In this document: in pieces, positions 10,121 through 19,504 of the stretch
Position numbering within the stretch: position 1 is the first letter of the stretch
Layout of the letters: the number at the start of each line of letters is the position of its first letter
NCBI GenBank assembly: GCA_963846575.1
Contig: CAWJWJ010000002.1
Span: 160,001 to 224,000, forward strand
Length of the DNA stretch: 64,000 nt
Reading direction: 5' to 3'
Origin: an uncultured Nitrospiraceae bacterium
GTDB taxonomy: Bacteria; Nitrospirota; Nitrospiria; Nitrospirales; Nitrospiraceae
Position numbers and translations under genes: made by a program
The notes under the pieces: generated by a model
Databases searched by the model: none
Told to the model about the DNA's origin: nothing
Seen by the model: the letters and a program-made list of their open reading frames with translations, nothing else

Positions 10121-10933
10121 ATGAAAAAGTTCGTCTCATGTTTGTTGGCGTTCTGGTTCCTGTTGATCCAGGTGGCGTATGCCGGGGATTTCAAACTGAT
10201 CATCGGTGAAAGGATCGAAGTGTGTGAGGCGTGTAAACGCAATCTGGAGCGGATGACCACACACCCGGCCTGCGAACGGGACTATAGTGGCCAATTAGGG
10301 CTGGGAGCCCCTGAGTGGAAACCGTTCGACGTGGCGGGCCATCTTGGAGCGATGGAGCAAGTCCTGCGATTCCTCGCGACTGGCAGCGAATCCGCCGTGG
10401 ATCGATACGGCCTGGGAGAAGATCAGTTCGAGGATACCGTGAAGAGGATCAGCACCAGGGAGGAGACCTGGGCCTACTGGGCTCAGATTGATATCAATAA
10501 TGATGGCAAGCCGGAGCCGGTGCTCAAACTGCATTCGTCGCTCTGCAACCTGAGAAATGACGGGTCCTTCGGCCGGGCCTATTCCGCCCCCATCGTCGTG
10601 CTTCAGGAAAACTTGAGTGGCATTGATCGCGGCCTGACGGAGCTTGTCATCCAGAACCCCCACCGGGACGGGGGCGTGCCAGGGGAAACCAACTACCAGC
10701 TCTACGGGGTGTTCAGCTACAAGGGCGAAACGTATTTCGATCGTTGGAACGACACGGGGAGTGGGGACGAGAACGAACGCTCGACGCTGAGTATTTATGA
10801 ATCACAAGGCAACCAGACACGAAAGCTCTGTCAGCTGAAGGAGTTGCAGGTCAGACGGTGGGTTCCCACCAAGCCCTGCGCGTTTCGAAACTGCCAGTCG
10901 GTGAAACCAGTTCCCGTGAACCTCACTCGCTGA
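10121..10933 (+). CDS. Hypothetical secreted Cys-containing protein
   Basis: GAGGAG RBS before ATG 10121; signal peptide MKKFVSCLLAFWFLLIQVAYA; DINNDG Ca-binding-like loop. Confidence 0.7.
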   Translation: MKKFVSCLLAFWFLLIQVAYAGDFKLIIGERIEVCEACKRNLERMTTHPACERDYSGQLGLGAPEWKPFDVAGHLGAMEQVLRFLATGSESAVDRYGLGEDQFEDTVKRISTREETWAYWAQIDINNDGKPEPVLKLHSSLCNLRNDGSFGRAYSAPIVVLQENLSGIDRGLTELVIQNPHRDGGVPGETNYQLYGVFSYKGETYFDRWNDTGSGDENERSTLSIYESQGNQTRKLCQLKELQVRRWVPTKPCAFRNCQSVKPVPVNLTR

Positions 10934-10948
10934 ATCCCGAAATGGGGT

Positions 10949-12079
10949 TCACGTCCTTCCTCGCACCCCCAGCCGCCAGAGCGATGTCAGTTCCGCCGCT
11001 CGGGCGGCGCGGAGCGGGTCGGCCCGGTCGGAGGCCCGGGGATGTGTTGGACGAACATCGGTCTTTCCAAGAACGGTGAGTCCCGCCTGGTCAACGGCGG
11101 CGAGTAGTTCTGCCCTGGTTCGCAGCTCTAGATGCTCGGCCAGGTCTGACAGTAACAGCCATCCTTCGCCGTGTGGCTCGAGATGGGCTGCGAGGCCGTT
11201 GAGAAAGCCGCGTAGCATTCGACTCTCAGAATCGTAAATCGATTGTTCGATAGGGGAAGTGGGCCGCGCTGGTACCCAGGGCGGGTTGCAGACCACCAGG
11301 TGCGCCTTTCCCTCGGGAAAGAGATCGGCCTGCACGACCTCCACTCGCTCGGTCAACCGCAGCCGCTCAAGGTTCTCCCGGGCGCAGGCCAGGGCGCGCG
11401 GATCCTGGTCGGTGGCAATGATGTGCGAGAGGCCCCGGTGGGCCAATATCGCCGCCAGCACTCCTGTCCCGGTTCCGATATCGAAGGCACGGGTAGCGGA
11501 AGGTAACGGCTCCCCGGCCACCAGGCTCACATATTCTCCCCTGATCGGAGAAAAGACACCGTAGTGCGGGTAGATTCTCCCACCGAGCGCGGGGATCTCG
11601 ATCCCGCTTTTGCGCCACTGATGGGCGCCAATCAATCCCTGCAACTCCCGCAACGCCACCAGCGAGCGTTCTTCGGATGGACCATAGGCTTCTGTGCAGG
11701 CCTGGCGAATGTCCGGTGCGCGGGGCAAGGGTACCCGGTAGTCGTCGTCAAGCGTGACCAGCAGCATGCTCAAGATCCGCGCGCGCCGGGATTGGGTCTG
11801 TCGGTGAAAATGAAAGGCCTCGGCCGGCGATGAACCTGCTTTGGGAGGGTGCCGGTCGACGCGTCGGGCCAAGGCATTCAGCAACTGGCGCGCATTCTGA
11901 AAGTCGCCCCGCCATAACACTGCGGTGCCCTCACACGTCAGCCGAAAGGCGGCATCGGCGGTCATGCGGTCATCGGCAATGGCCACCCTGGCCGGTGGCG
12001 GAGAGCCCCACTCAGAGCGCCAGCGCGCCGAGCAGGCCTCGCCCGCTTCAGTCCAGTTGATCCTGGGCGGCTCAGTCAT
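10949..12079 (-). CDS. Class I SAM-dependent methyltransferase (MTS/HemK-like)
   Basis: DIGTGTG SAM motif, NPPW motif, YGVFSP. Start taken at ATG 12079. Confidence 0.85.
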   Translation of the reverse strand: MTEPPRINWTEAGEACSARWRSEWGSPPPARVAIADDRMTADAAFRLTCEGTAVLWRGDFQNARQLLNALARRVDRHPPKAGSSPAEAFHFHRQTQSRRARILSMLLVTLDDDYRVPLPRAPDIRQACTEAYGPSEERSLVALRELQGLIGAHQWRKSGIEIPALGGRIYPHYGVFSPIRGEYVSLVAGEPLPSATRAFDIGTGTGVLAAILAHRGLSHIIATDQDPRALACARENLERLRLTERVEVVQADLFPEGKAHLVVCNPPWVPARPTSPIEQSIYDSESRMLRGFLNGLAAHLEPHGEGWLLLSDLAEHLELRTRAELLAAVDQAGLTVLGKTDVRPTHPRASDRADPLRAARAAELTSLWRLGVRGRT

Positions 12080-12128
12080 GATGGCACCGGCGACGTTGTC
12101 ACCATGTGTGGGAAAAATCTGTCGCGGT

Positions 12129-14855
12129 TCATGATGCCGTCTCTGTCCGGTCACTGAAAAATCTCCGGACGAGGGTCTCGACCGATTTAAAGTGCCGATC
12201 CGGAAGATTTTTGAAGCGTCGTTTGCAATCCTGTAACGCGTCGTCCACGGTGGTGAAGGGTTGGATCGTGGCCGTGAGGTGCCCGTAATAGTCCATCAGT
12301 TTTAACTCCACCGCGCGCAAGAGGGCCGGATCGCCAGATAACGCTGTCGCCGCTTTTGCCCGGTCCCCATCCGATTCCACAAGCGCCTGAAAGCAGAGTC
12401 CCTTGAGTCGCTGCGTCACCGTACTGCGATCCCATCCCAGCGCTTTGGCCGTCGCTTGCATGTCGAAGCGGTACTGGCGCAGGTGATGTAACACGGCAGC
12501 GTCGCCGGCCGGGTCCGGACGAATCGGCTCCACGACGGGCGGTTCCATTACCGACGGAGCCTGGCTCTGAATGCGCAGGTCGGCCGTGGTAATGATGGGG
12601 CCATCCGAAAGGGCCACCGCCTGCTCGAGACAGTGCCGGAGTTCCCGCACGTTGCCTTTCCACGGTTGCGCCCTGAGCGTCGTGACGGCCTCTTCCGACA
12701 ACTGTAGACCGGCCTGATGCGCCTCTTTCGCAGTTTCTCGCAAGCAGGTTGTGGCGAGGAGAGGGATATCTTCAGGGCGTTCGCGCAGGGGTGGAAGATG
12801 CAGCACCAGGCCTTTCAGCCGGAAATACAGGTCCTCGCGAAACCAGCCCTCCGACACCCCGCGTTGCAGGTCCTTGTTGGTGGCGGCGACGATCCGGACA
12901 TCGACAGTGGTGGGATTGGTCGCTCCGACGCGATAGAAGGTCCGGTCCTGCAAGACCCGCAACAGTTTGCTTTGATGGTCGAGGCGCAAATCCCCGATCT
13001 CATCCAAAAAAATCGTCCCCTGGTGCGCGAGTTCAAAATAGCCCTTTCGATCGGTGAGTGCGCCGGTGAAGCTTCCCCGCACGTGACCGAAGAGTTCACT
13101 CTCGAAAAGTTCCGGAGAAATCGCCGCCATATTGACCGCGATAAATGGCTTGGCCGCTCTGGGACTGAGGCGATGCACCGCACGGGCGAATAGTTCCTTG
13201 CCCGTACCCGGTTCGCCGGTGATCAACACCGTGACGGTGGAGCGGGCGCCTTTCCTGAGGTCGCGAAACATGGCGAGAATGGTGGGGTTCCTGGTGATGA
13301 TGCCCCATTGCTCGCAGTCCCGCCGGATCGCCTCCTGTTCGACATTGCCGAGCGGAGGGGGGGCGGTGCTCGCGGCCTGCATATCGTGCAGCTGCCGTTC
13401 GAGTTCTTCCATCCGCCGGCGCGTCGCGTCTTCCTGTGCCTGGGCGTCGTCGATTTGCTGTTGCAGGTCGAGGGCCAGTCTGGTCGATGCGGCTTCCTTT
13501 GACACCGAGTGGGAGATACTGGCGCGGGCCGACTCCAGGTCTTCCTGCAGCGTTTCGACGGCGGTTTCCCGGTAGACGAGGGCCTCCCGGACAGCCACAA
13601 GATCCTGCTGGATCGCAAGCATGTCCTGCTCGAGCAACGCGACGCGCCGGGTGGCCACGACCTGGCCGAGCAGACTGGTCGATAGCAGAACGATCACCGT
13701 TGCGGTCACCGGGATGACAAACGGCATGACCCACTGAGCGCCGGAGAGCAGGACCAGGGCCGCGGCCAGATAGAGCCCGAGGCCGCCCAGTCCCAGTAGC
13801 AAACCCTTCCAATCCGCCCATCGGAGGATGACCCAGGCCAGGCAGAGACAGAGGATGAAAGTCACCACCAGCCGCTGAAGCGAGGAGAGTTCACGAATCC
13901 AGTCCTGCGCGAGCAGCGTGTGAAGCCCGTGGGCCTGTATGAGAAAGTCTGACGTCTCTTCGCCGGATGGCAGAGTGCGTTCAGCTTGAGGCCGAGTTTG
14001 CGCGAGCAGGATTACGGCTTTGCCCTCGACCAGGCTCGAGAGCCGCTCATTGTCTTTCCGGTCGATCAGTTGGGAAAGCTCAAGAAAGGTCACCGAGGAA
14101 AAAAAGTTCTGCGAATGGGATCCGGGATAGTTGAGCAGGAGCCGGCCCCTTGGATCGAGGGGGATGCTCACTGTTGATACCGTGCCCTCTGGTCCTCGTG
14201 CATCCCGCAGCGTGACCAGTCCCGTTCGGCCTGCGACTTGATCGGGGGAGAGATGCCAGAACATGGAGGCCAAGGTGAATCCCAGGGAAGGAAGTTCGCC
14301 CGTCCCGCTGTGCTGATAGAGCGGCATCCGACGAACGATGCGGTCATTGTCTATCGCGGGCTGTATCGTGCTCCTGCCCGGCGTGACGGCATCGGACGGG
14401 ACCAGCGGCAGTCCTGAATCCCGGTCGAATGCTGAAGACGAGAATGCGGGATAGGCGACGGTCCCGGCCGATTTGACCGCTTCAATCAGCAGGGCATCGC
14501 TGACCGCGCCGCCGAGGTTGGGCGGGCTGGGCAGGTCGAGCGGAATGTCGATTCCGATCGCTGCGGATCCCGCGTCGTGCAGTGCCGTGATCAACCGGGC
14601 CGGGATACTGCGATCCCAATGGCCGACGCCAAACTGTTGCTCACTCGCATGGTCTCTGACCACGAGAAGAACATGGGAAGGACGGGCGGGGTGAGCACGC
14701 AGCCGCATCCAGGTGTCGTAAGGGGCCCATTCCAGGGCCGCATAGGTGGCGGGCGATGGCGACCAGAGGAGTTCCGCGCAGAGGGTGGCGGCGAACGCCA
14801 TCAAGACGGCTTGCAGCCAGACGTTCCTGACGAACAAGCGGGTGGCGATACGCAT
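12129..14855 (-). CDS. Membrane-anchored sigma54 activator: CHASE2 - 3TM - coiled coil - AAA+ - HTH
   Basis: CHASE2-like motifs (W.R..A.LI..L..AG..AIGIDI, DNDRIVRR, INY-like LLNY); GEPGTGKE, ESELFGHVRGSFTGA, FLDEIG, FREDLYFRL, WKGNVREL; TAKALG.DRSTV HTH. Confidence 0.9.
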   Translation of the reverse strand: MRIATRLFVRNVWLQAVLMAFAATLCAELLWSPSPATYAALEWAPYDTWMRLRAHPARPSHVLLVVRDHASEQQFGVGHWDRSIPARLITALHDAGSAAIGIDIPLDLPSPPNLGGAVSDALLIEAVKSAGTVAYPAFSSSAFDRDSGLPLVPSDAVTPGRSTIQPAIDNDRIVRRMPLYQHSGTGELPSLGFTLASMFWHLSPDQVAGRTGLVTLRDARGPEGTVSTVSIPLDPRGRLLLNYPGSHSQNFFSSVTFLELSQLIDRKDNERLSSLVEGKAVILLAQTRPQAERTLPSGEETSDFLIQAHGLHTLLAQDWIRELSSLQRLVVTFILCLCLAWVILRWADWKGLLLGLGGLGLYLAAALVLLSGAQWVMPFVIPVTATVIVLLSTSLLGQVVATRRVALLEQDMLAIQQDLVAVREALVYRETAVETLQEDLESARASISHSVSKEAASTRLALDLQQQIDDAQAQEDATRRRMEELERQLHDMQAASTAPPPLGNVEQEAIRRDCEQWGIITRNPTILAMFRDLRKGARSTVTVLITGEPGTGKELFARAVHRLSPRAAKPFIAVNMAAISPELFESELFGHVRGSFTGALTDRKGYFELAHQGTIFLDEIGDLRLDHQSKLLRVLQDRTFYRVGATNPTTVDVRIVAATNKDLQRGVSEGWFREDLYFRLKGLVLHLPPLRERPEDIPLLATTCLRETAKEAHQAGLQLSEEAVTTLRAQPWKGNVRELRHCLEQAVALSDGPIITTADLRIQSQAPSVMEPPVVEPIRPDPAGDAAVLHHLRQYRFDMQATAKALGWDRSTVTQRLKGLCFQALVESDGDRAKAATALSGDPALLRAVELKLMDYYGHLTATIQPFTTVDDALQDCKRRFKNLPDRHFKSVETLVRRFFSDRTETAS

Positions 14856-14867
14856 AGGCTGGGGTGA

Positions 14868-16148
14868 TTACGGTTTGGGGGGCTCGGACGATGCCTCGTC
14901 GAGAATGCGTTTCACGTCATCGCGCGGCAACCCCTTCAGGTAGCTCTTGGCCTTGGCCAGGTCCGGGGCCAGGCCGAGCCCCTTTGCATAAATACGCGCC
15001 AGGGCCATGCGGGAGGGAATCGACCCATCCGCCGCCGTCGATTCCAGATAACTCATGACCCACTGGCCATGGGGGGGAAGCTGGCCGTCGAGTCCCTCTT
15101 CGTACAACCGGACGAGTGCCGCGTGCGAAATATCATTCAGGGCATAGGCTTCGCGCAGGAGCACCGGCAGCGCCTCGGCCGTGCGACCCTGCTCGAGCAG
15201 GGTTGTGCCGACGGTGTGAGTGGCATCTTGACGGTCGAGATCGGGAAAGTCGAGCCAGAGTTGATCGCAATAATTCTTGAACGCCTCTGCAGCGGCTTTC
15301 GATTGTTTCGTCTGCGCGGGTCCCTTGACCACCGCCAAACGTCGAAGTTGTGTCAGTGCCTGCGAGGCTTCCGGCAATCCCTGCTCGAAGGCGCGGGCCC
15401 ACCAGGTGATGGCCATGACCGGGCTCTTCTCCACGCCATGCCCGGACCGATAGGCATTACCAAGAAAATATTGAGCTTTGGCGATCCCTGCGAGCGCAGC
15501 CAGCTCCAGTTCCTGGGCCGCGTCCTTTTCGCGTCCCGCGACCTTGAGAACGAGGCCCAACCGGTAATGGGCTTCGGCAAAATCCGGGCTCAAGCGTAAG
15601 GCTTCCTGGTAGGCCTTGATCGCGGACTGCACGTTTCCTCGGGTGTAATGAATCGTGCCGAGGCTGTAATGGGCTTGCACCAGCGCCGGATCCAGACGGA
15701 TCGCTTCCTGAAGTTCCGCCATGGCGGAGCGCCAATCCTGTTTCGCCATGAGGGCGGTTCCAAGATCCAAATGGGCCTGGGCCACGGTGGGGTGGAACCG
15801 GAGCGCTGTGCGGTACTCGTCGATGGCTCCGTCCGTATCCCCCAACTGGAACAATGTTCTGCCCAGGGTCAGGCGCGGTCCTTCGGCGTCCGGTTCTATA
15901 TGGAGGGCCTGTCTGGCCTCGGTCAGGGTGTCCAGCAGGCTCACCGGCGCGGGTGCGGGCGGCGGATCCGGCGGGGTCAGTGCTTCGACGGGGAGCGGTT
16001 CTTCCCGCAGGACTTCGGGGGCTGGTTCTGGCGCGGGTATGGGATTCGGGATGTCATCTTCCTGAGCCAACGCTGCTGAAGGAAGGAGGCCGAGGGTCAT
16101 GGATAGGATCAGAAGCCACCCTCCCATGGTGGCGCGGTGCAAAAACAT
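14868..16148 (-). CDS. Exported TPR and Sel1-like repeat protein
   Basis: Signal peptide (ALA|Q), Pro-rich linker, TPRs (AQAHLDLG, VQAHYSLG, AEAHYRLG), Sel1 repeats (AQYFLGNAYRSGHGV, LARIYAKGLG). Confidence 0.85.
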   Translation of the reverse strand: MFLHRATMGGWLLILSMTLGLLPSAALAQEDDIPNPIPAPEPAPEVLREEPLPVEALTPPDPPPAPAPVSLLDTLTEARQALHIEPDAEGPRLTLGRTLFQLGDTDGAIDEYRTALRFHPTVAQAHLDLGTALMAKQDWRSAMAELQEAIRLDPALVQAHYSLGTIHYTRGNVQSAIKAYQEALRLSPDFAEAHYRLGLVLKVAGREKDAAQELELAALAGIAKAQYFLGNAYRSGHGVEKSPVMAITWWARAFEQGLPEASQALTQLRRLAVVKGPAQTKQSKAAAEAFKNYCDQLWLDFPDLDRQDATHTVGTTLLEQGRTAEALPVLLREAYALNDISHAALVRLYEEGLDGQLPPHGQWVMSYLESTAADGSIPSRMALARIYAKGLGLAPDLAKAKSYLKGLPRDDVKRILDEASSEPPKP

Positions 16149-16305
16149 AGGCGCTCACAGACCTCCGCATGAAAAAGACTGTCTCTATATACACACAGAC
16201 AGATTAGAAATTCCATGGGCCGTGATCGAGAGTCGCGGGCGCAGCCTTGGAGCAGAGAGCTCGGCCTGTCCCGCCCGTGGCTTTCGTATTCGAGGTTTGG
16301 GCCGG

Positions 16306-16959
16306 TCAGGTCGTGAGCACAGCGAGGACGACAGCGATGACGATCAAGAGGCCCAAGAATCCCAGGACGAGATATCGCCACCACCACAGTTGATCCTGAA
16401 CCACCATGAATCCCAGACTGACGCCTTCTGCAAGCAGCCAATTGCGAAACTCATGGGGCGCAACCACGGTCAGTCCCCGCTCGGTGCAGGAGGCGATGAA
16501 CCGATCTACGACCACGCCGCGCAGCGTAGAGCGTATCAGACGTTCCATCCACCGCGGCAGCCGGAGGCGGCGGCTGGTCTGATTCACCGTTTGATCCACG
16601 ACCTCCTCGTATTCGTGCCTGGTGGTGGAAACAGAGCGTCCCGTCCGTACGGCGGCCGGACCCATATTGGGAAGCGTATGAAGCAGTTCCCTCAGGGCCC
16701 GTTCCACTTCGGCAACCACCTGTTCGGCCGCATTCAGCAGGCCTGCCACGGTTCCCCCGATCAGTGCGAAGATGAAATAGAGCGCGGCCATCGCCCACCC
16801 ACCGAGGGAGGCCCATGCGCCGCGGCCAGCGACGGAGAGGTTGTAATAGAGCGCGGCACTTTCGACCAGGGTGATCGCTACCAGCAGATGCAGGGGCAAC
16901 GTCCAGATCAGCGTGCGGAAAAAGTATCGAGGGGGTTGCGGGCTTGATGGTTGCGGCAA
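16306..16959 (-). CDS. Hypothetical membrane protein (about 3 TM)
   Basis: 217 aa ORF with hydrophobic segments, co-oriented within the operon; start uncertain. Confidence 0.65.
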   Translation of the reverse strand: MPQPSSPQPPRYFFRTLIWTLPLHLLVAITLVESAALYYNLSVAGRGAWASLGGWAMAALYFIFALIGGTVAGLLNAAEQVVAEVERALRELLHTLPNMGPAAVRTGRSVSTTRHEYEEVVDQTVNQTSRRLRLPRWMERLIRSTLRGVVVDRFIASCTERGLTVVAPHEFRNWLLAEGVSLGFMVVQDQLWWWRYLVLGFLGLLIVIAVVLAVLTT

Positions 16960-16995
16960 GGTCGTACACTCGCAGGGCGTTGTGCGCTGGAGGCG

Positions 16996-17433
16996 CTAGG
17001 GCCGGGTCCCCTGACCAGGCCACGCCTTCCGCAGTCGCCCGATGATCGAAGCACGCTCGTCTGGCGAGAGCGCGACCGGTGCGTGCGCGATCTGCCAGAC
17101 CGGCTCGTGGGGAGCAGGATCCTGCGCCAGTCTGGGAATCACATGCCAGTGGATGTGCGGAAGTTGGTTGCCGAGCAATTCATAATTGATTTTGACCGCC
17201 GTCCATTGTCTTGCCAGTAGGGCGGCCACGGCGGAGACCTCCTCGATCAGCTGGCTCCGGTCGCCGCGGGCAAGGTCAAACAGTTCGGTGGCATGCTGCT
17301 TCAGCACCAGCACCGTCCAGCCGGGGAAGAATTGATCCTCGTGGAGATAGGCGCGGGTAAGCCCGCAGTCGGCGATGAAATGGTCCTCTCGAGGCCATGT
17401 TCCGAGACAAGCCTTGCATGCCGCGCTGTTCAT
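16996..17433 (-). CDS. HIT family hydrolase
   Basis: CxxC N-terminus; GNQLPHIHWHVIPR histidine triad. Confidence 0.9.
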   Translation of the reverse strand: MNSAACKACLGTWPREDHFIADCGLTRAYLHEDQFFPGWTVLVLKQHATELFDLARGDRSQLIEEVSAVAALLARQWTAVKINYELLGNQLPHIHWHVIPRLAQDPAPHEPVWQIAHAPVALSPDERASIIGRLRKAWPGQGTRP

Positions 17434-18056
17434 GGTTGAGTGAGCGCCCGTCCCTCTTCGGGAGTGATCAGGCCTTTCTTGATCAACAGCTGAATCAGTT
17501 TCTCCGTGGTCGCCTTGTACGGTGCGACGGCGGACGACGCCGCCGCTGCTGGGCTCTTTTGTTTGGGAGGGTCGCGTTTCACCCCCATCACATGAAACGA
17601 GGGAGTGAAGACGACGACGTAGTCTTTGTTTCGGATCCGCACCGACACGGGTGGACTCTCGCTGTTGGGGAGAAGGTCCGGGCTCGATCCAGCCGGGACG
17701 CGAAAAAAAGGTTTGCCGTCCTCTGTCGTGCCGTCCTGGCCGAGGATCTCCATTTTGCTGAGGTAGGAATCGCCGGTCAGGTTCTCATTGGCCTGCCCGG
17801 CATTGTTGTAGATCTGATCCAGAACGAGGATGAGCGAATCGGCGACAAAAATGTCGGGCGAATGATTGCGGACCGTGACGTCGTACCGGTATTCCGCCAC
17901 AAAGTTATCCCGGCCTCGCAAGGTGACGATCGGCGTCACCTTACCGCTCAGATCGGCCAACTGATCGACAGCGACTGCCTGAATGGGGGCATAGCTCTCT
18001 GCCAGCGAGATGCAGGCGCCGGCCACCACAATCCGTAGGAATCGAGTCATGCTCAT
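17430..18056 (-). CDS. Hypothetical exported protein (beta-rich)
   Basis: GAGGAGG RBS, signal-like N-terminus, 4-nt overlap with the HIT gene, C-terminal LLIKKGLITPEE helix. Confidence 0.75.
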   Translation of the reverse strand: MSMTRFLRIVVAGACISLAESYAPIQAVAVDQLADLSGKVTPIVTLRGRDNFVAEYRYDVTVRNHSPDIFVADSLILVLDQIYNNAGQANENLTGDSYLSKMEILGQDGTTEDGKPFFRVPAGSSPDLLPNSESPPVSVRIRNKDYVVVFTPSFHVMGVKRDPPKQKSPAAAASSAVAPYKATTEKLIQLLIKKGLITPEEGRALTQP

Positions 18057-18137
18057 GATGCCCTCCTCATCGTCGGTCCCGCTCAGAATAACAAAGCGCC
18101 AGGGTCAGCGCGAGGAAATCCTGTCCGGCCGCGCGGC

Positions 18138-18167
18138 TTGACACGTTCTTTTCACGGGCGATATTCT
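18138..18167 (+). promoter_or_regulatory. Putative sigma70 promoter
   Basis: TTGACA-18 nt-TATTCT upstream of 18206. Confidence 0.5.
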
Positions 18168-18205
18168 GCCGCCGGTCATCCATCCGGGCCGGTTCATCAC
18201 ATCGC

Positions 18206-19078
18206 ATGTCGCAAACACATATGACGTCTGCTCCGCTCCTGGTCCCTCGCGCCCTGGTGTCCAAACTCCTGCATCTATACGACTATCCGGACCCGCGTCG
18301 GCCGGGACGCGTCATCAGAGGGTATGACTGCCCCCATGCCTTGCGGACCGCCCGGATGTGCGCCGCGGTGGCGCAACGGATGGGGCACGAGCCGGCCCGC
18401 GTGAAACAGTATCAAATCGCCTGCATTCTGCATGATCTCGGCCGTGCCGGGCTCGATCGTCCCCTTTTCGGTCGCATCTGGTCCTGGGCTCGCGAACGGG
18501 GGATCCCGACCAGGCCGCGTGAGTGGCGGGCTGTTTATCCTGAGACCGCATACGGGCGGGAGACCGAGGCATTCGTGGCGCGTTATAAAACGTCACTGGA
18601 GGCATCGGGAATCGTCCTGGACCGCTGGGCCCGCGAGCAAGTGGAAATGCGTCTGGGCTATGCTCGTCGGTTGTCCGCCCGGTTGCGCGTTGTGAAGCCC
18701 CTGTTGCAGGATCTGGCCGTCACCTGGTCGCCCTGGATGAGCCGGATCATGTTGTACTACTACTATCCTGAAAAATTGGCTGGGGCGCCGCCCTGGGAGC
18801 GAAACCTCGCCGAAATCCTGGTAGCCTGCGAACAGTTTGAGGCCTACAGCAACCAGAGGCGTGGGCGCGACTATTATGCGCGCCGTCGGGAAGACCTCTC
18901 GGAAGCGTTCGGGTATCTCAAGTCGTTGCAGCGGGAGGAGATTCTCAGTCGTCCGGTGGTTCAGACCTTGCGCGAGCTTGCGGCGGAAGGTGCCTTCGAC
19001 AAGGTATTGGCACAGGCCAAGGGACGTTCATTATCCAGACGGGAGCGCCTGCTCCTCCGTCAGGCCGGTCAGGAGTAA
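18206..19078 (+). CDS. HD-domain protein of unknown function
   Basis: PHALRTA...CILHDLGR motif. Confidence 0.75.
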   Translation: MSQTHMTSAPLLVPRALVSKLLHLYDYPDPRRPGRVIRGYDCPHALRTARMCAAVAQRMGHEPARVKQYQIACILHDLGRAGLDRPLFGRIWSWARERGIPTRPREWRAVYPETAYGRETEAFVARYKTSLEASGIVLDRWAREQVEMRLGYARRLSARLRVVKPLLQDLAVTWSPWMSRIMLYYYYPEKLAGAPPWERNLAEILVACEQFEAYSNQRRGRDYYARRREDLSEAFGYLKSLQREEILSRPVVQTLRELAAEGAFDKVLAQAKGRSLSRRERLLLRQAGQE

Positions 19079-19081
19079 GCC

Positions 19082-19504
19082 ATGGCAGTGAGAAGTCTTT
19101 CGATCCAGGTGCGGATGCAGGGTGATTGCCACATAGAGAATATCACCCGGCAGGTGCAGGAAGCGGTGGGACAGAGCAAGTTGCAGGCGGGGATTCTCAC
19201 CCTGTTTATCAAGCACACGACCGCTTCCGTGCTCATTATCGAGGATGAGCCCGGCATCCGCGCCGATACAAAAAACATCTGGCAACGATTGATTCCCGAC
19301 GACCCCGGTTGGCAGCACAATACCCGCAATCAGGGCGAGGACAATGGCCACAGTCACCTTCGCGGCCAATTGCAGGGCCAGTCGCTCACGATTCCGTTTA
19401 ATGAGGGGGTGATGACCCTGGGGACCTGGCAGCAGATCGTTCTGCTGGATTTCGATACGCGGGCTCGGACTCGAGAATTGGTCGTGCAGGTCATGGGTGA
19501 ATAG
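19082..19504 (+). CDS. yjbQ: YjbQ/UPF0047 family protein
   Basis: HTTAS..I.E, DNGHSHL, LGTWQ.I.L.DFD. Confidence 0.92.
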   Translation: MAVRSLSIQVRMQGDCHIENITRQVQEAVGQSKLQAGILTLFIKHTTASVLIIEDEPGIRADTKNIWQRLIPDDPGWQHNTRNQGEDNGHSHLRGQLQGQSLTIPFNEGVMTLGTWQQIVLLDFDTRARTRELVVQVMGE

